64,000 nucleotides of DNA from an uncultured Rivularia sp. (GCA_963665115.1 OY762007.1:2336001-2400000); one strand, 5' to 3'; positions 19,447-29,458 are shown, counted from the first letter of the stretch. Notes: generated by a model from the letters alone, not told the origin. Made by a program: numbers and translations.

Positions 19447-21204
19447 CTAATTCCTAACTCCTAACTCTACTTTTTCTCCTTGTCCCCCTATCTCCCTATT
19501 TCCCACTCTCTTCTGATGTAGGGGAATTTCAATGATAAATTCGGTTCCTTTACCGGGTTCTGATTGGCAACTTAGTTTACCTTGATGTTTTTCAACGATT
19601 ATTTGATAGGTAATTGATAAACCCAATCCGGTTCCTTTTCCTACAGGTTTTGTAGTGAAAAACGGATCGAATAGTTTGTTTTTCACTTTTTCTGTCATTC
19701 CCATTCCGTTATCTGCTATTCGGACTGCTATAGTTTTATTATTGATTAGTTCCGTATGAATGATGATTTGGGGATTTTGCATATCGAGTTTATCTCTTCC
19801 CTCTTCCAATACATCTATTGCATTGTTAATAATGTTCATAAATGTTTGATTTAATTGTCCGGGATAGCACTCGACTTTAGGGAGTTGATGATAATTTTTA
19901 ATAATTTCAATTCCGGTTCGATTCGGTTTAGATTTAAGACGATTTTGTAAGATTAATAAAGTACTTTCTATCCCTTCGTGGATATCAACTTCTTTCATGT
20001 CAGCTTCATCAAGACGAGAAAAGTTACGTAAAGATAAAACTATTTCACGAATGCGAGTTGCTCCTATTTTCATTGAAGCTAATATCTTGGGTAAATCTTC
20101 TTTTACAAAGTCCAATTCCATATCTTCACGTTTTTCTTCTATATCGTCTCCGGGATTGGGAAATTCTTGTTGATAAAGTACTAGTAATTCTAAAATATCT
20201 TCTATATATTGATTTACATGGTTGATATTACCGTAAACGAAACTAACAGGATTATTGATTTCGTGGGCAACTCCAGCTACCATTTGCCCTAAGCTAGACA
20301 TTTTTTCGGTTTGAATAAGTTGGGCTTGGGTGCTTTTGAGTTCATCTAGGGTTTGTTCTAATTCAGCTTGTGCTTGAGTGCGATCGCCAATTTCATGTTT
20401 GAGATTTTGGTTGAGTTTGATTAATGCTTGACTGCCTTCGATAATTTCGGTGTATGATTCGGTTAATTTTTCCGTCATCCGGTTGAATTCGTTAGCAAGT
20501 TGCTCTAATTCATCTTTTGTCCGAATATTAAAGCGATAATCAAGTTTACCCGCAGCAATTGCAGATGCTCCCTTTTGTAATTTGTCTAATGAATTAATAA
20601 GTGGAAGCATAATTAAGAAGAATTGACTGATAAAAACCAGCAGGATGGTAATTATAATTGCATAGGTTACTCGTTCTGAAATGCGCTGCATTTGTTCAAG
20701 TTCATCTTCAACAGTAATAATATTTTCGCGAGCGCTATCTATCAAATCGTTTAGAAATAATTCAATATCTTTAGCAAAAGAGTTGATTGCTCTAAAATCT
20801 TGTTGAGAATCAGCTAAATATGCATCGGATGAAGTTTTATCGTTTTTTTTGACTTCCTCACTCAAGCGTACTAAAAAAGTGTGGCGACGACGAATATCAT
20901 TTATTTGTTTAGCATCTGGTCTTAAAGTTTCTAGTCTGAGGAGCTTAGCTTTAAACTTATTTTGATATTTTTCTACATCTGACTTTTTATTGTTAAGTAA
21001 TACATCATCTTTAAGGGCATCGATTTCATTTTTTAAATCAACTTCTAATTGTAAAGCTATTTCAATTTCTTTACTGTATTTTTCAAATTTGCGGCTAATA
21101 TTTGCTAAAGCTCGATTTTTCCATAAAGAATTCCCAGTTAAAACAACAGCTATCAATCCTGCGAAGCAAGCAGAAGAAAGGGTAAATTTTGTGAAAATTT
21201 TCAT
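19447..21204 (-). CDS. Membrane sensor histidine kinase (periplasmic domain, HAMP, HisKA, HATPase)
   Basis: Two TMs, HAMP (DELEQLA.EFN.M), H-box VAHEINNP, NQ.FMNII.NAID, DNG.G, FFTTK..GKGTGLGL. Confidence 0.95.
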   Translation of the reverse strand: MKIFTKFTLSSACFAGLIAVVLTGNSLWKNRALANISRKFEKYSKEIEIALQLEVDLKNEIDALKDDVLLNNKKSDVEKYQNKFKAKLLRLETLRPDAKQINDIRRRHTFLVRLSEEVKKNDKTSSDAYLADSQQDFRAINSFAKDIELFLNDLIDSARENIITVEDELEQMQRISERVTYAIIITILLVFISQFFLIMLPLINSLDKLQKGASAIAAGKLDYRFNIRTKDELEQLANEFNRMTEKLTESYTEIIEGSQALIKLNQNLKHEIGDRTQAQAELEQTLDELKSTQAQLIQTEKMSSLGQMVAGVAHEINNPVSFVYGNINHVNQYIEDILELLVLYQQEFPNPGDDIEEKREDMELDFVKEDLPKILASMKIGATRIREIVLSLRNFSRLDEADMKEVDIHEGIESTLLILQNRLKSKPNRTGIEIIKNYHQLPKVECYPGQLNQTFMNIINNAIDVLEEGRDKLDMQNPQIIIHTELINNKTIAVRIADNGMGMTEKVKNKLFDPFFTTKPVGKGTGLGLSITYQIIVEKHQGKLSCQSEPGKGTEFIIEIPLHQKRVGNREIGGQGEKVELGVRN

Positions 21205-21554
21205 TGCACCCTCTCCGATTTCAAGCTTAACTTGGCTTGAAGTTTACGAGTTGGTGTATAGTCAGCATCTTGAACAGAAGTATAACCGGCTGATTGTGTT
21301 TTTAAAGATTCTTCTAAATACCTCTCCAAACGATCAACCATCCGCTGTTGCTCTTCAAGGCTTTTAGTCGGTAGCACCCCAATTATTAAAGGCTGAATAT
21401 TGTCATTGCTGCTCGGAGCCACTGGAGGTATTAACAAATTACCCGTAATAGAAATTTTGCTCGAACAGCTTGCATTAAGAAACGCAAGTATAGCAACTAA
21501 TAAAAAAGCTGCCGATTTACTCAGAGAACGATTATTTTTTTGCATGGCACCCAA
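21201..21554 (-). pseudogene. Internally deleted PhnD-like (phosphate/phosphonate) substrate-binding lipoprotein
   Basis: Lipobox LNASC and a PhnD-type N-terminus (IGVLP...EEQ......L..YLE.SL) joined directly to a PhnD-type C-terminus (GY..V.D.DY...R.L). Only 117 aa; 4-bp overlap with the kinase start. Confidence 0.6.
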
Positions 21555-21752
21555 ACATGATTAAAATCTTTTGCCAACCCTAGATGCATAACTAGAAGAA
21601 TTATTTAGCCCAGTCTATGCCTAAGCTTAGTTTTCCCAAAAGGGTGACGAAGATAACAAATTTTGCTAAAAATCATGTTTGGGGATTGGGGATTGGGGAT
21701 TGGAAGTTAGGAGTTGAAACATTAAACCGTAGTGGGAGCGTCTCGCTCCCTC

Positions 21753-21992
21753 GTGGAATTATCGCGCAGCATCTCGTCACGTCTCGTTGCTACTTGGTGG
21801 AATTATCGCGCAGCATCTCGTCACGTCCCCCGTTGCTACTTGGTGGAATCATCGCGCAGCGTCTCGTCTCGTCGCTCCCTCGTGGAATCATCGCGCAGCG
21901 TGCCGTCGCGTCGCTACTTGGTGGAATCATCGCGCAGCATCTCGTCGCGTCGCTACTTGGTGGAATCATCGCGCAGCGTGCCGTCGCGTCGC
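21753..21992. repeat. GC-rich tandem array, six units with constant core GTGGAATYATCGCGCAGC
   Basis: Units start at 21753, 21797, 21843, 21882, 21921 and 21960 (44, 46, 39, 39, 39 bp, last partial). Flanked by inverted GTAG REPs at 21729-21750 and 22035-22056. Confidence 0.9.
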
Positions 21993-22136
21993 AAATCATC
22001 GCCCTTTGTCTTGCTTCCTATTCGCAAGCAGCTAGCGAGCAAGATGCTCGCACTACTAAAGGGCGTATTATTCCTAACTAATAACTCTTAGCTCCTAAAT
22101 ACTCCCAATGCCCAATGCCCAATGCCCAATCCCCAT

Positions 22137-23399
22137 TCATGCAATACTTCCTCTCTTACGTGCTTCTTTGTAAGAAGTTCCCACATTTTTTAAGCCAGCT
22201 TTAATCATTTGTCGCTCTAATAAACCGAAGAAACGAGAGCGATCGCCACCTCTAACAACTGCTTGGTTGTGGGATTCTGCTAATGCTACTGGATAACCAT
22301 ATCCTTTATGAACTTGTGCCAGCATTAACCCCAAGGATTCTTCAAACATTTCAGTATCTTCTACTACCCATTGTGGAAATTCTACCCGTGCTATTTCTGT
22401 ACCCACATGAACGTAACAAAAGTAAATTTGCTGATCTTCATATAAATCTAAAATTCGTGAATTACTCTTCCATAAAGGACTCCGCTGTCCCGGTTTGAGT
22501 TGAGTACTCCACAAAGTACTATCTCGCAATCCCTCAAACAGTTTGCAAGGAATCTTCTCCATTTGATTGGGACAAAAACTCATACAGTCAGGTGCTTTAT
22601 GCGGACAAGCTGACAACCGGAAAAAGTTCATCCCTTCAATACTCCGAGAAGCACTCAAATAACCCATTACAGGAATACCTGCTTCCCGTAAATCCTTCCA
22701 AGATTCTAAAATCGGCGGTAAAATATGTTCTCTCGCATCGTAAGGTAATTGTTCCAAGAACCAGTAGATTAGCGAACCATCTACCATTGCTAATCTAGGT
22801 ATTCTTTCTGAGGTGGTGGTAGAGGGGGTAGAATTTTCTTCTGCTTTATCCCCTTGTTCCCTTGTCTCCTTGTCTCCTTGTCCCCCCATCCCCGCCGTGG
22901 CAGCAATAGCCAATTCTGACAACACTACTGCTTCACTCGCGGTGCGTCGGTAGCTCATCCATTCTTCGGTTCTAATGCCCCACTGACGAGACATATATAA
23001 ATCTTCGGGACGATAGAATATCTCCGGTAAACTATCTAGGATAGGGTGTTTATTTTGTCCATAATGTAATACTACTCTACCGATATTGAGTAGATAACAA
23101 TAAGCAATTTCGTGGTGATTGGGAGCAATTTGAGAACCGTCTGTGGCGATGACAGTATGAGTTTTGGGAGGAACCATGATATCAATACAGGTGTGTAATG
23201 GTTCCACCGGAGTTGCATTCGCAAACAAAATGCGATCGCGCCATTTTTGTTGGGTTTGAACTAGCTCATTTTGGTTATCAAAAGCATATTCAAGATGTTT
23301 CATCCCCAATTGCAAACGTTGACGATTCGCTTCAGCTTCAGTCGTCAAATGTTGACTCAAACCACGCATTTGTCCGGCAAGTTTACTAAGATCCAGCAT
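22137..23399 (-). CDS. nurA: NurA family nuclease domain protein
   Basis: ATDGSQI, MVDGSL, ARVEFP.W, GYGYP.AL.E.H..AVV motifs. Confidence 0.88.
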   Translation of the reverse strand: MLDLSKLAGQMRGLSQHLTTEAEANRQRLQLGMKHLEYAFDNQNELVQTQQKWRDRILFANATPVEPLHTCIDIMVPPKTHTVIATDGSQIAPNHHEIAYCYLLNIGRVVLHYGQNKHPILDSLPEIFYRPEDLYMSRQWGIRTEEWMSYRRTASEAVVLSELAIAATAGMGGQGDKETREQGDKAEENSTPSTTTSERIPRLAMVDGSLIYWFLEQLPYDAREHILPPILESWKDLREAGIPVMGYLSASRSIEGMNFFRLSACPHKAPDCMSFCPNQMEKIPCKLFEGLRDSTLWSTQLKPGQRSPLWKSNSRILDLYEDQQIYFCYVHVGTEIARVEFPQWVVEDTEMFEESLGLMLAQVHKGYGYPVALAESHNQAVVRGGDRSRFFGLLERQMIKAGLKNVGTSYKEARKRGSIA

Positions 23400-23605
23400 A
23401 ATCAGTTATCAGTGAACAGTGAACAGTTATAAGTTTTAGATTTTAGATTTTAGATTTTAGATTTTGGATTTTAGATTGAAGATAAGGAGTTATCAGTTAA
23501 GAATGAATTAGTAATTAATTTTTTATTTCTACCCCCTCTTCCCCCTCTACCCTCTCTACCCCCTTTCTGTTTTCCAATCCCCAATCCCCAATTCCCAATG
23601 CCCAA

Positions 23606-24394
23606 TTATTGTTGCCATTCACCGAAGTCTTGAGTAAATTGAGCCAGCGATATTAAGCTGATTCGCATATCTTTTTGGGCATTTTCTCTTTCTGTGGGTG
23701 TATTATAACCCCAGTCGCAGAGAAACAATTCTACGTCTTCTAAATCTTCTTGTTGTTTAACTTTTTGTAATGTTTTGATTCTATCTTCTACAAACCATAG
23801 ACTAACTGATAAGTCGTTCGATTCTTGCTTTAATTCTCGCAATATTTCGTATTTAGGACGCTTTTCTTCTTTACCAAAAATTGCTTCTCTAGGTAAATCA
23901 AAGCCTGCTTTTTGTAATAGCTCTTTGACAAAACGCCCTTCTTTAGTTGTAACTATATATAGTGCAGTTTGAGTATTATAGATATTTTGAATTCTTTCAA
24001 CTACTCCTGGATAAAATTTATGCATATTTAGCCAACCATCCAAATCATTGGCAATCCATTCATCGCGCTGTTTATCTAAGGTATCAGCAATTTCCTGGGA
24101 TGAAAAATCATTTTGACGAAGAATTTTTTGAGAAATATCGCTCCATTCTTGCAATATTTTATCTTCTTCAAATCCTTCTAATAATGCTTTAACTAAAACG
24201 GGCATTTCCCAGCCAGTTTCAATTACTGGACGAAGGCGATAAAATTTATTAGCTAATTCTTCTGATTGATTTTGGTTAGCACAAGGCCAAAATTTGCAGT
24301 GAGTACGCCAAGCTACCTGAAAGTATTCTATCAAGCCGTTACAGATTACACCATCGAAGTCAAGAGCTAAAATTGTGGGGCTAATTGCTGTCAT
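23606..24394 (-). CDS. HAD-like hydrolase
   Basis: ALDFDGVI, IVTTK, FVEDR, DWGYN motifs. Confidence 0.9.
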   Translation of the reverse strand: MTAISPTILALDFDGVICNGLIEYFQVAWRTHCKFWPCANQNQSEELANKFYRLRPVIETGWEMPVLVKALLEGFEEDKILQEWSDISQKILRQNDFSSQEIADTLDKQRDEWIANDLDGWLNMHKFYPGVVERIQNIYNTQTALYIVTTKEGRFVKELLQKAGFDLPREAIFGKEEKRPKYEILRELKQESNDLSVSLWFVEDRIKTLQKVKQQEDLEDVELFLCDWGYNTPTERENAQKDMRISLISLAQFTQDFGEWQQ

Positions 24395-24524
24395 TTTCTG
24401 AGTGCGCGAAACTGCTTTTGTTAGCTTATCTAATTTGCGGGGATTCTGTACCTTTTTTCTTTAAATATTACTATCAGGAAAGTAGTTAGAATTAAGATAA
24501 ATTCGTCTGATATAACAACAAGTT

Positions 24525-25383
24525 ATGAATAACCCCTTTCCAGGAATTAACCCATATTTGGAACAGCCAGAATTATGGCATCAAGTTCATAACCGCTTGA
24601 TTGTAGCAATTGCCGATCAAATAACTCCACAAGTAGTTCCTCAATATCACGTTGCTATCGAAGAACGAGTTTATAGCAGTATTTCAGATAATTTGCTGGT
24701 AGGAATTGCAGATGTAGCGGTTTCCCGAGGTAATGATTCTAGTAAGGCTGTAGCTGTGATGACACAGGAACTAGTTCAACCTAAAAAAGTATCGGTACCC
24801 GTACCTGAAGAAACAACAGAAAGATTTTTAGAAGTTCGTTCGACGCAATCTGGAGAAGTAATTTCAGTAATTGAGATACTTTCACCTAAAAATATAGCGC
24901 TTCCCGGTCTATCAAGGTACATATCAAAACCTCACCCCTAACCCCTCTCCTTATTAAGGAGAGGGGGAGATAAAGAAAGCTGTACTTCACCAGATTGAGA
25001 AACGCTATAAACGTTCTAAACAAGGTAGAGAAGCTTACGAAAATAAACGCAATAAAATATTAGCATCACAAACCAGCTTCATTGAAATTGATTTATTACG
25101 CGCTGGCGAACCAATGCTTATCTTAGGAGCATCTATTACAGATTATTATATTTTAGTTAGTAGAGGATACCAAAGACCGGAAGCAGATTTATATGGGTTT
25201 AATTTAAAAGAATCTATTCCTATTTTTCCCGTTCCTTTAAAACAATCCGAGAAAGAACCTTTAATAGATTTACAAGAGTTATTGAATGAAGTTTATCAAA
25301 AAGCTAGGTTTGATTTAGTGATTGATTATTCACAATCGGTAAAACCTGCTTTGTCTGTAGAAGATAAAAGTTGGGTGGAATAA
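24525..25383 (+). pseudogene. DUF4058 family gene disrupted by a MITE
   Basis: PFPG.NPYLE.P..W..VH.RLI N-terminus. Removing 24895-25009 restores one frame: IEILSPKN-KRSKQGREAYENKR.KIL.S....EIDLLRAG... Confidence 0.9.
24895..25007. mobile_element. 113-bp MITE with TA target duplication
   Basis: TA|tagcgcttccc ... gagaaacgcta|TA, with internal hairpin cccctctccttattaaggagagggg. A second copy lies inverted at about 31994-32130. Confidence 0.9.
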
Positions 25384-25492
25384 ATTTTGAAGTAATAAAT
25401 CCAAATTTTGGAGAAGCGATAAATCGCTTACTACGAACCAGGAATAAGTTATTTGTTTAGCCCCCTCCAACAAGGGGGGTTGGGGGGATATT

Positions 25493-27301
25493 CTACAACT
25501 CTTCAGAAATTGTCACCTCTTTAGAAAGATGTTTAAACCAGGTAAAGTACAAGGCTATTGAAAGCACAATAAATACTGCTAAGAGAGTACCAAAAATATC
25601 CCAGCGCTTCATCATGAAGGTAATTCCTAACATAAACAAAGTCAATTGCCAGGGAATTGCAATCAATGTAGAAAGAATATCGCGACGGTTTTCGTTTTGA
25701 ATTTTCTGCTGAATATTCGCTGGAAGGTTTTTCCGCACGATTCCCCAAAAACCAAATGGTCTGGTAACTTTATAGAAGTTATCTATTACCTGTAAATCGG
25801 TTGCTTCTGTTGTAAATGTGCCGATGATGCAGCCTAATAATGAGGAAATACTAGGAATGAGAAACGAAGCATATTCTTGAAACTGTGAATCTATATTTTT
25901 GACGATCAATGCTTTAGTAACTATTGCTGCTAACATTCCTGCTGCGGTACCAACAGCAAATCCATAACCGTTAAATCGCCACCAATACCACCTTAAGACT
26001 AAAGGAATTGACAATCCCGCACCCAATCCCAAAGTAAGCCATCCCCAAATTTCGTTTATATTTTTAATTTGGTAGCTAAACAGCATTCCTACAACTACAA
26101 TTACCACCGATGCTAAACGACTTTGGGTAATTAATTGTTGGTTCGATGCTTGAGGTTTTAGATATGCTTGATAAATATCTTTCACCCAGTAAGCAGCGCT
26201 GGAATTAATTATAGAATCAAAAGTAGACATCGCCGCCGCAATAAAACAAGCTATCAACAATCCTTTAATTCCTACCGGCACGTATTCCCCAATTACCGTG
26301 GGTAAAATCAATTCTGGATCTGCTATAACTTCTTGAGTTGCGCCGTAATGAATCCCCAACATAGCAAAAGCAGTAACAAGTGGCCATCGAAATGAAAGTA
26401 AAAGAATCCAAAACAAGGAAAGTAAACCCGCTTCTCTATCGCTTTTCGCAGCAAAGTAACGTTGAATCATATAGCCACCACCACCCCCAATACCTGCCAT
26501 ACATTCTTTTAAGAAATAAAAGAAAATTACCCCACCAAATAAGTTAAATGCAGAATAGTCCCCAGGTAAATCTAACGTTAAAGATGGTGAAATACTGCTC
26601 CAGTCAAGAAAATTCCACTGCTGTAATTCAAAACCATCGCCAGAAGGAATCGAAACTGAAAATGTTTCGGGGATAGTTGCAGTTTGCAGGGCTAATATAC
26701 AAACGTAAATTATCGCGACAAAAATCAAAATGCCTTGAAAAACATCAGTCCAAACGACACCGTAAAAACCACTAGCAGCCGTATATACCAAAGCCAGAGA
26801 AACTAGGGCAATAGAAGCAAGTTCATCGTTAATACCAAGGAATTGACCTAAAAATTTACCACCCGCAAGAGTAAAATAGCTCATCGCACCCACCGCAAAC
26901 ATTAGATTTGCGATCGCGCTAATAATCCGAGCCGTATTTCCTTCCTTTCCTTCCCCAAAACGCAACCGCATCCACTCAGCTAACGTCATCACCTGAGCGC
27001 GACGATTCCATTTACCCATGAAAATCATCAAAATCGCCATGATTAACACTACACCACCGCGAATTTCGATAAAAAATCCTTTGGCTCCCACCGCGTAAAT
27101 CAAAGCGCTGATAATCATCGTACCCGCCAAATCGGTATTCGATGCCATTCCCGAAGCACCCAAAACCCACCAAGGCATACTGCGGTTTCCTAAGAAATAG
27201 GAATCAATACCCAAGCGAGCTTTGCGCTCCAGATAAATCCCAAAGATTACTATAGAAATTAAGTAAACAGCAATAATAAGATAGTCAACTAGCTGTAGCA
27301 T
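25493..27301 (-). CDS. Sodium:solute symporter family transporter
   Basis: YFLGNRS.PWW, G..GVVWTD.FQ, QRYFAAK, AAAMSTFDS..N; many TMs. Confidence 0.92.
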   Translation of the reverse strand: MLQLVDYLIIAVYLISIVIFGIYLERKARLGIDSYFLGNRSMPWWVLGASGMASNTDLAGTMIISALIYAVGAKGFFIEIRGGVVLIMAILMIFMGKWNRRAQVMTLAEWMRLRFGEGKEGNTARIISAIANLMFAVGAMSYFTLAGGKFLGQFLGINDELASIALVSLALVYTAASGFYGVVWTDVFQGILIFVAIIYVCILALQTATIPETFSVSIPSGDGFELQQWNFLDWSSISPSLTLDLPGDYSAFNLFGGVIFFYFLKECMAGIGGGGGYMIQRYFAAKSDREAGLLSLFWILLLSFRWPLVTAFAMLGIHYGATQEVIADPELILPTVIGEYVPVGIKGLLIACFIAAAMSTFDSIINSSAAYWVKDIYQAYLKPQASNQQLITQSRLASVVIVVVGMLFSYQIKNINEIWGWLTLGLGAGLSIPLVLRWYWWRFNGYGFAVGTAAGMLAAIVTKALIVKNIDSQFQEYASFLIPSISSLLGCIIGTFTTEATDLQVIDNFYKVTRPFGFWGIVRKNLPANIQQKIQNENRRDILSTLIAIPWQLTLFMLGITFMMKRWDIFGTLLAVFIVLSIALYFTWFKHLSKEVTISEEL

Positions 27302-27417
27302 GAATTTTTTAGCCGTAAGTAATAACAGGGAAGATACAGCAAACCCCTGTTTGCATCAAGTCTGTTATTTGACGGTTTGGGTTTCCGTGGTTAATTCATG
27401 CTTCTGTTTTAAAAGAT

Positions 27418-27528
27418 GGGGGATAAGAAGAGAGGGAGTGCGAGCCGGAAAGCTCGCTGGTTGTAACGAGGGAGCGAGACGCTCCCACTACAAATGCATT
27501 ACCCCGCAAAATTAATGTGGTGAAGTAA
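27418..27528. mobile_element. Partial copy of the IS630-ended, REP-carrying MITE (right end intact)
   Basis: gggagcgagacgctcccactacaaatgcattaccccgcaaaattaatgtggtgaagta; aligns with 220-323 and with the IS630 TIR. Confidence 0.8.
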
Positions 27529-27534
27529 TAGTTA

Positions 27535-27707
27535 GTAGGTTGGGTTAGGTGCATGGAAAATTGTAATATCTCAACAAAAAATTAATTTCAGCACCGTAAC
27601 CCAAGATTAAATTGCGGACAGTTCAAAATGGTGATGTTGGGTTACGACAAGATAATCATATTTTGCATCAAAAACGAAATTCCCGAATCGTGTCTAACCC
27701 AACCTAC
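27535..27707. repeat. GTAG-type REP doublet (GTAGGTTGGGTT...AACCCAA) with AT-rich loops
   Basis: gtaggttgggttagg...ccgtaacccaa and tgttgggttacg...ctaacccaacctac in inverted orientation. A single related unit lies at 61023-61092. Confidence 0.7.
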
Positions 27708-27724
27708 GAGGTGAATAATTTTAT

Positions 27725-28567
27725 CTAATTCTTCTTTATATTTGTCAAAACACCATGAGCGGGACTAAATAACAATGACAGTACAAACAATCCCGATACA
27801 ACTAGCACAATAGCAGGGCCGGAAGGTAAATTATAAAAGTAGCTCAAATACATCCCGCTGATACTGGAAATTACTCCAATTATTGCGCCCAATATCATCA
27901 CTTCATGCAGGCGTTTTACTAATAAATAAGCCGTTGCTCCCGGCGTTATCAATAATGATAAAACTAATATTACGCCAACGGCTTTGAGACTAGCAACAAT
28001 TGTCAAAGCTATAATTACCATCAACCCAAAATTAAGCCGATTTACTGGCAAACCAGCAGCTTGCGCTCCTAATGGATCGAAAGTGTAAAATAATAATTCT
28101 TTGTATAGTAGAAATACTACTATTAGTACAACAGCCGCAATTACAGCAATATCTCGCATATCTGAAACGGTAACGCCGAGAATATTACCAAAAAGAAAGT
28201 GATTTAAATCGATTTTATTATCCTTCTGAACAATAGTAATTAACGTCACCCCCAACGCAAAAAACGCCGAGAATACAATTCCCATCGCTGCATCTTCCTT
28301 AATCGGCGATCGCGTTCTAATCCAGGTAATCACCATCGTGCTGAGAACCCCCGCAATAAAGGCTCCTACAAAAATATTCATCCCCAAAATAAAGGCGATC
28401 GCCAACCCCGGCAGCACCGAATGACTAATCGCATCACCCAGCAAAGCCAACCGCTGCACCATCAAATAACTACCAACAACCGCACACAGCAAACCCACCA
28501 AAACAGCAACAATCAGCGAACGTTGCATAAAGCTGTATTTTAACGGTTCAATTAACGATTCAAACAT
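27725..28567 (-). CDS. mntB: Manganese ABC transporter permease
   Basis: GDAISHSVLPG, KEDAAMGI, HFLFGNILG, FDPLGA; ManR boxes upstream of the operon. Confidence 0.88.
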   Translation of the reverse strand: MFESLIEPLKYSFMQRSLIVAVLVGLLCAVVGSYLMVQRLALLGDAISHSVLPGLAIAFILGMNIFVGAFIAGVLSTMVITWIRTRSPIKEDAAMGIVFSAFFALGVTLITIVQKDNKIDLNHFLFGNILGVTVSDMRDIAVIAAVVLIVVFLLYKELLFYTFDPLGAQAAGLPVNRLNFGLMVIIALTIVASLKAVGVILVLSLLITPGATAYLLVKRLHEVMILGAIIGVISSISGMYLSYFYNLPSGPAIVLVVSGLFVLSLLFSPAHGVLTNIKKN

Positions 28568-28648
28568 TTTCAGTTATCAATTATCAATTATCAGTTATCA
28601 GTTATCAGCTACCAATTGTTCATTGTTCATTGATAATTGTTCATTGAC

Positions 28649-29458
28649 TCACGCTGCATCTGAAAAGTACATCACTTTTCCACCGTAGGCGCGGTATAAA
28701 TTGTCTTCTGTCAAAACTTGTCTTCTGGAACCCGTACTTACTATTTCGCGATTCAATAAAATTATGTCGTGGAAGTGGGTGGTTGTTTCGCCTAAGTCGT
28801 GGTTAACTACTAATACGGTTTTTCCGGCGGTTGCTAGTTCTTGAAAGACTTCAAACAATACCGTTTGAGTTTTTTGATCGATTCCTACGAAGGGTTCGTC
28901 AAAACAAAATATTTCTGCTTCTTGGGCTAATGCTCTGGCTAAAAATACTCGTTGCTGCTGTCCCCCGGAAAGTTGTCCGATGGCTCTGCTGCGGTATTCA
29001 CTCATGCCGACTCTTTCTAAGGCACTTTTTGCTACCCGACGACTCACCCCCGAAAAACTCCGCAGCCATCCGGTTTTCTTGACTCTTCCCATCATCACCA
29101 CATCCCATACGGTGGCGGGATATGTCCAGTCTATTTGACTGCGTTGGGGTACGTAAGCGACTTTTTCTAACTGTTGCGTTAAGGGTTTACCTTGATATAA
29201 AACTGTTCCGCTACTGTCAACTAATCCCAACATCGCTTTCATCAAAGTACTTTTGCCAGCACCGTTAGGACCATAAATACCCGTCAATCGTCCCGGTTTG
29301 ATAACACAATTAACGTCTCTGAGGGCTTCAAGACTGCGATAGCGTACTCCTACATGGGCAATGTTAATACTTGCCTTATGTAGCTTTGTCGCATCTTGGA
29401 TGTTGTAGACGCGCTTTTTAATTGGGTTATCGTCTGGCGAAAAGTTTACACTTTGCAT
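28649..29458 (-). CDS. mntA: Manganese ABC transporter ATP-binding protein
   Basis: GPNGAGKST, YVPQR, LSGGQQQRVFLARAL, DEP. Confidence 0.88.
   Translation of the reverse strand: MQSVNFSPDDNPIKKRVYNIQDATKLHKASINIAHVGVRYRSLEALRDVNCVIKPGRLTGIYGPNGAGKSTLMKAMLGLVDSSGTVLYQGKPLTQQLEKVAYVPQRSQIDWTYPATVWDVVMMGRVKKTGWLRSFSGVSRRVAKSALERVGMSEYRSRAIGQLSGGQQQRVFLARALAQEAEIFCFDEPFVGIDQKTQTVLFEVFQELATAGKTVLVVNHDLGETTTHFHDIILLNREIVSTGSRRQVLTEDNLYRAYGGKVMYFSDAA

Noticed and set aside
21753..21992. CRISPR or other guide-RNA array
   Set aside because: The inter-core segments are variants of one sequence rather than unique spacers, the period is only 39-46 bp, and no cas-like gene is in the window.
21617..22091. 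ORFs of 154, 119, 82 and 69 aa over the tandem array
   Set aside because: Open frames arise on both strands from a stop-poor GC-rich repeat; no recognisable protein features.
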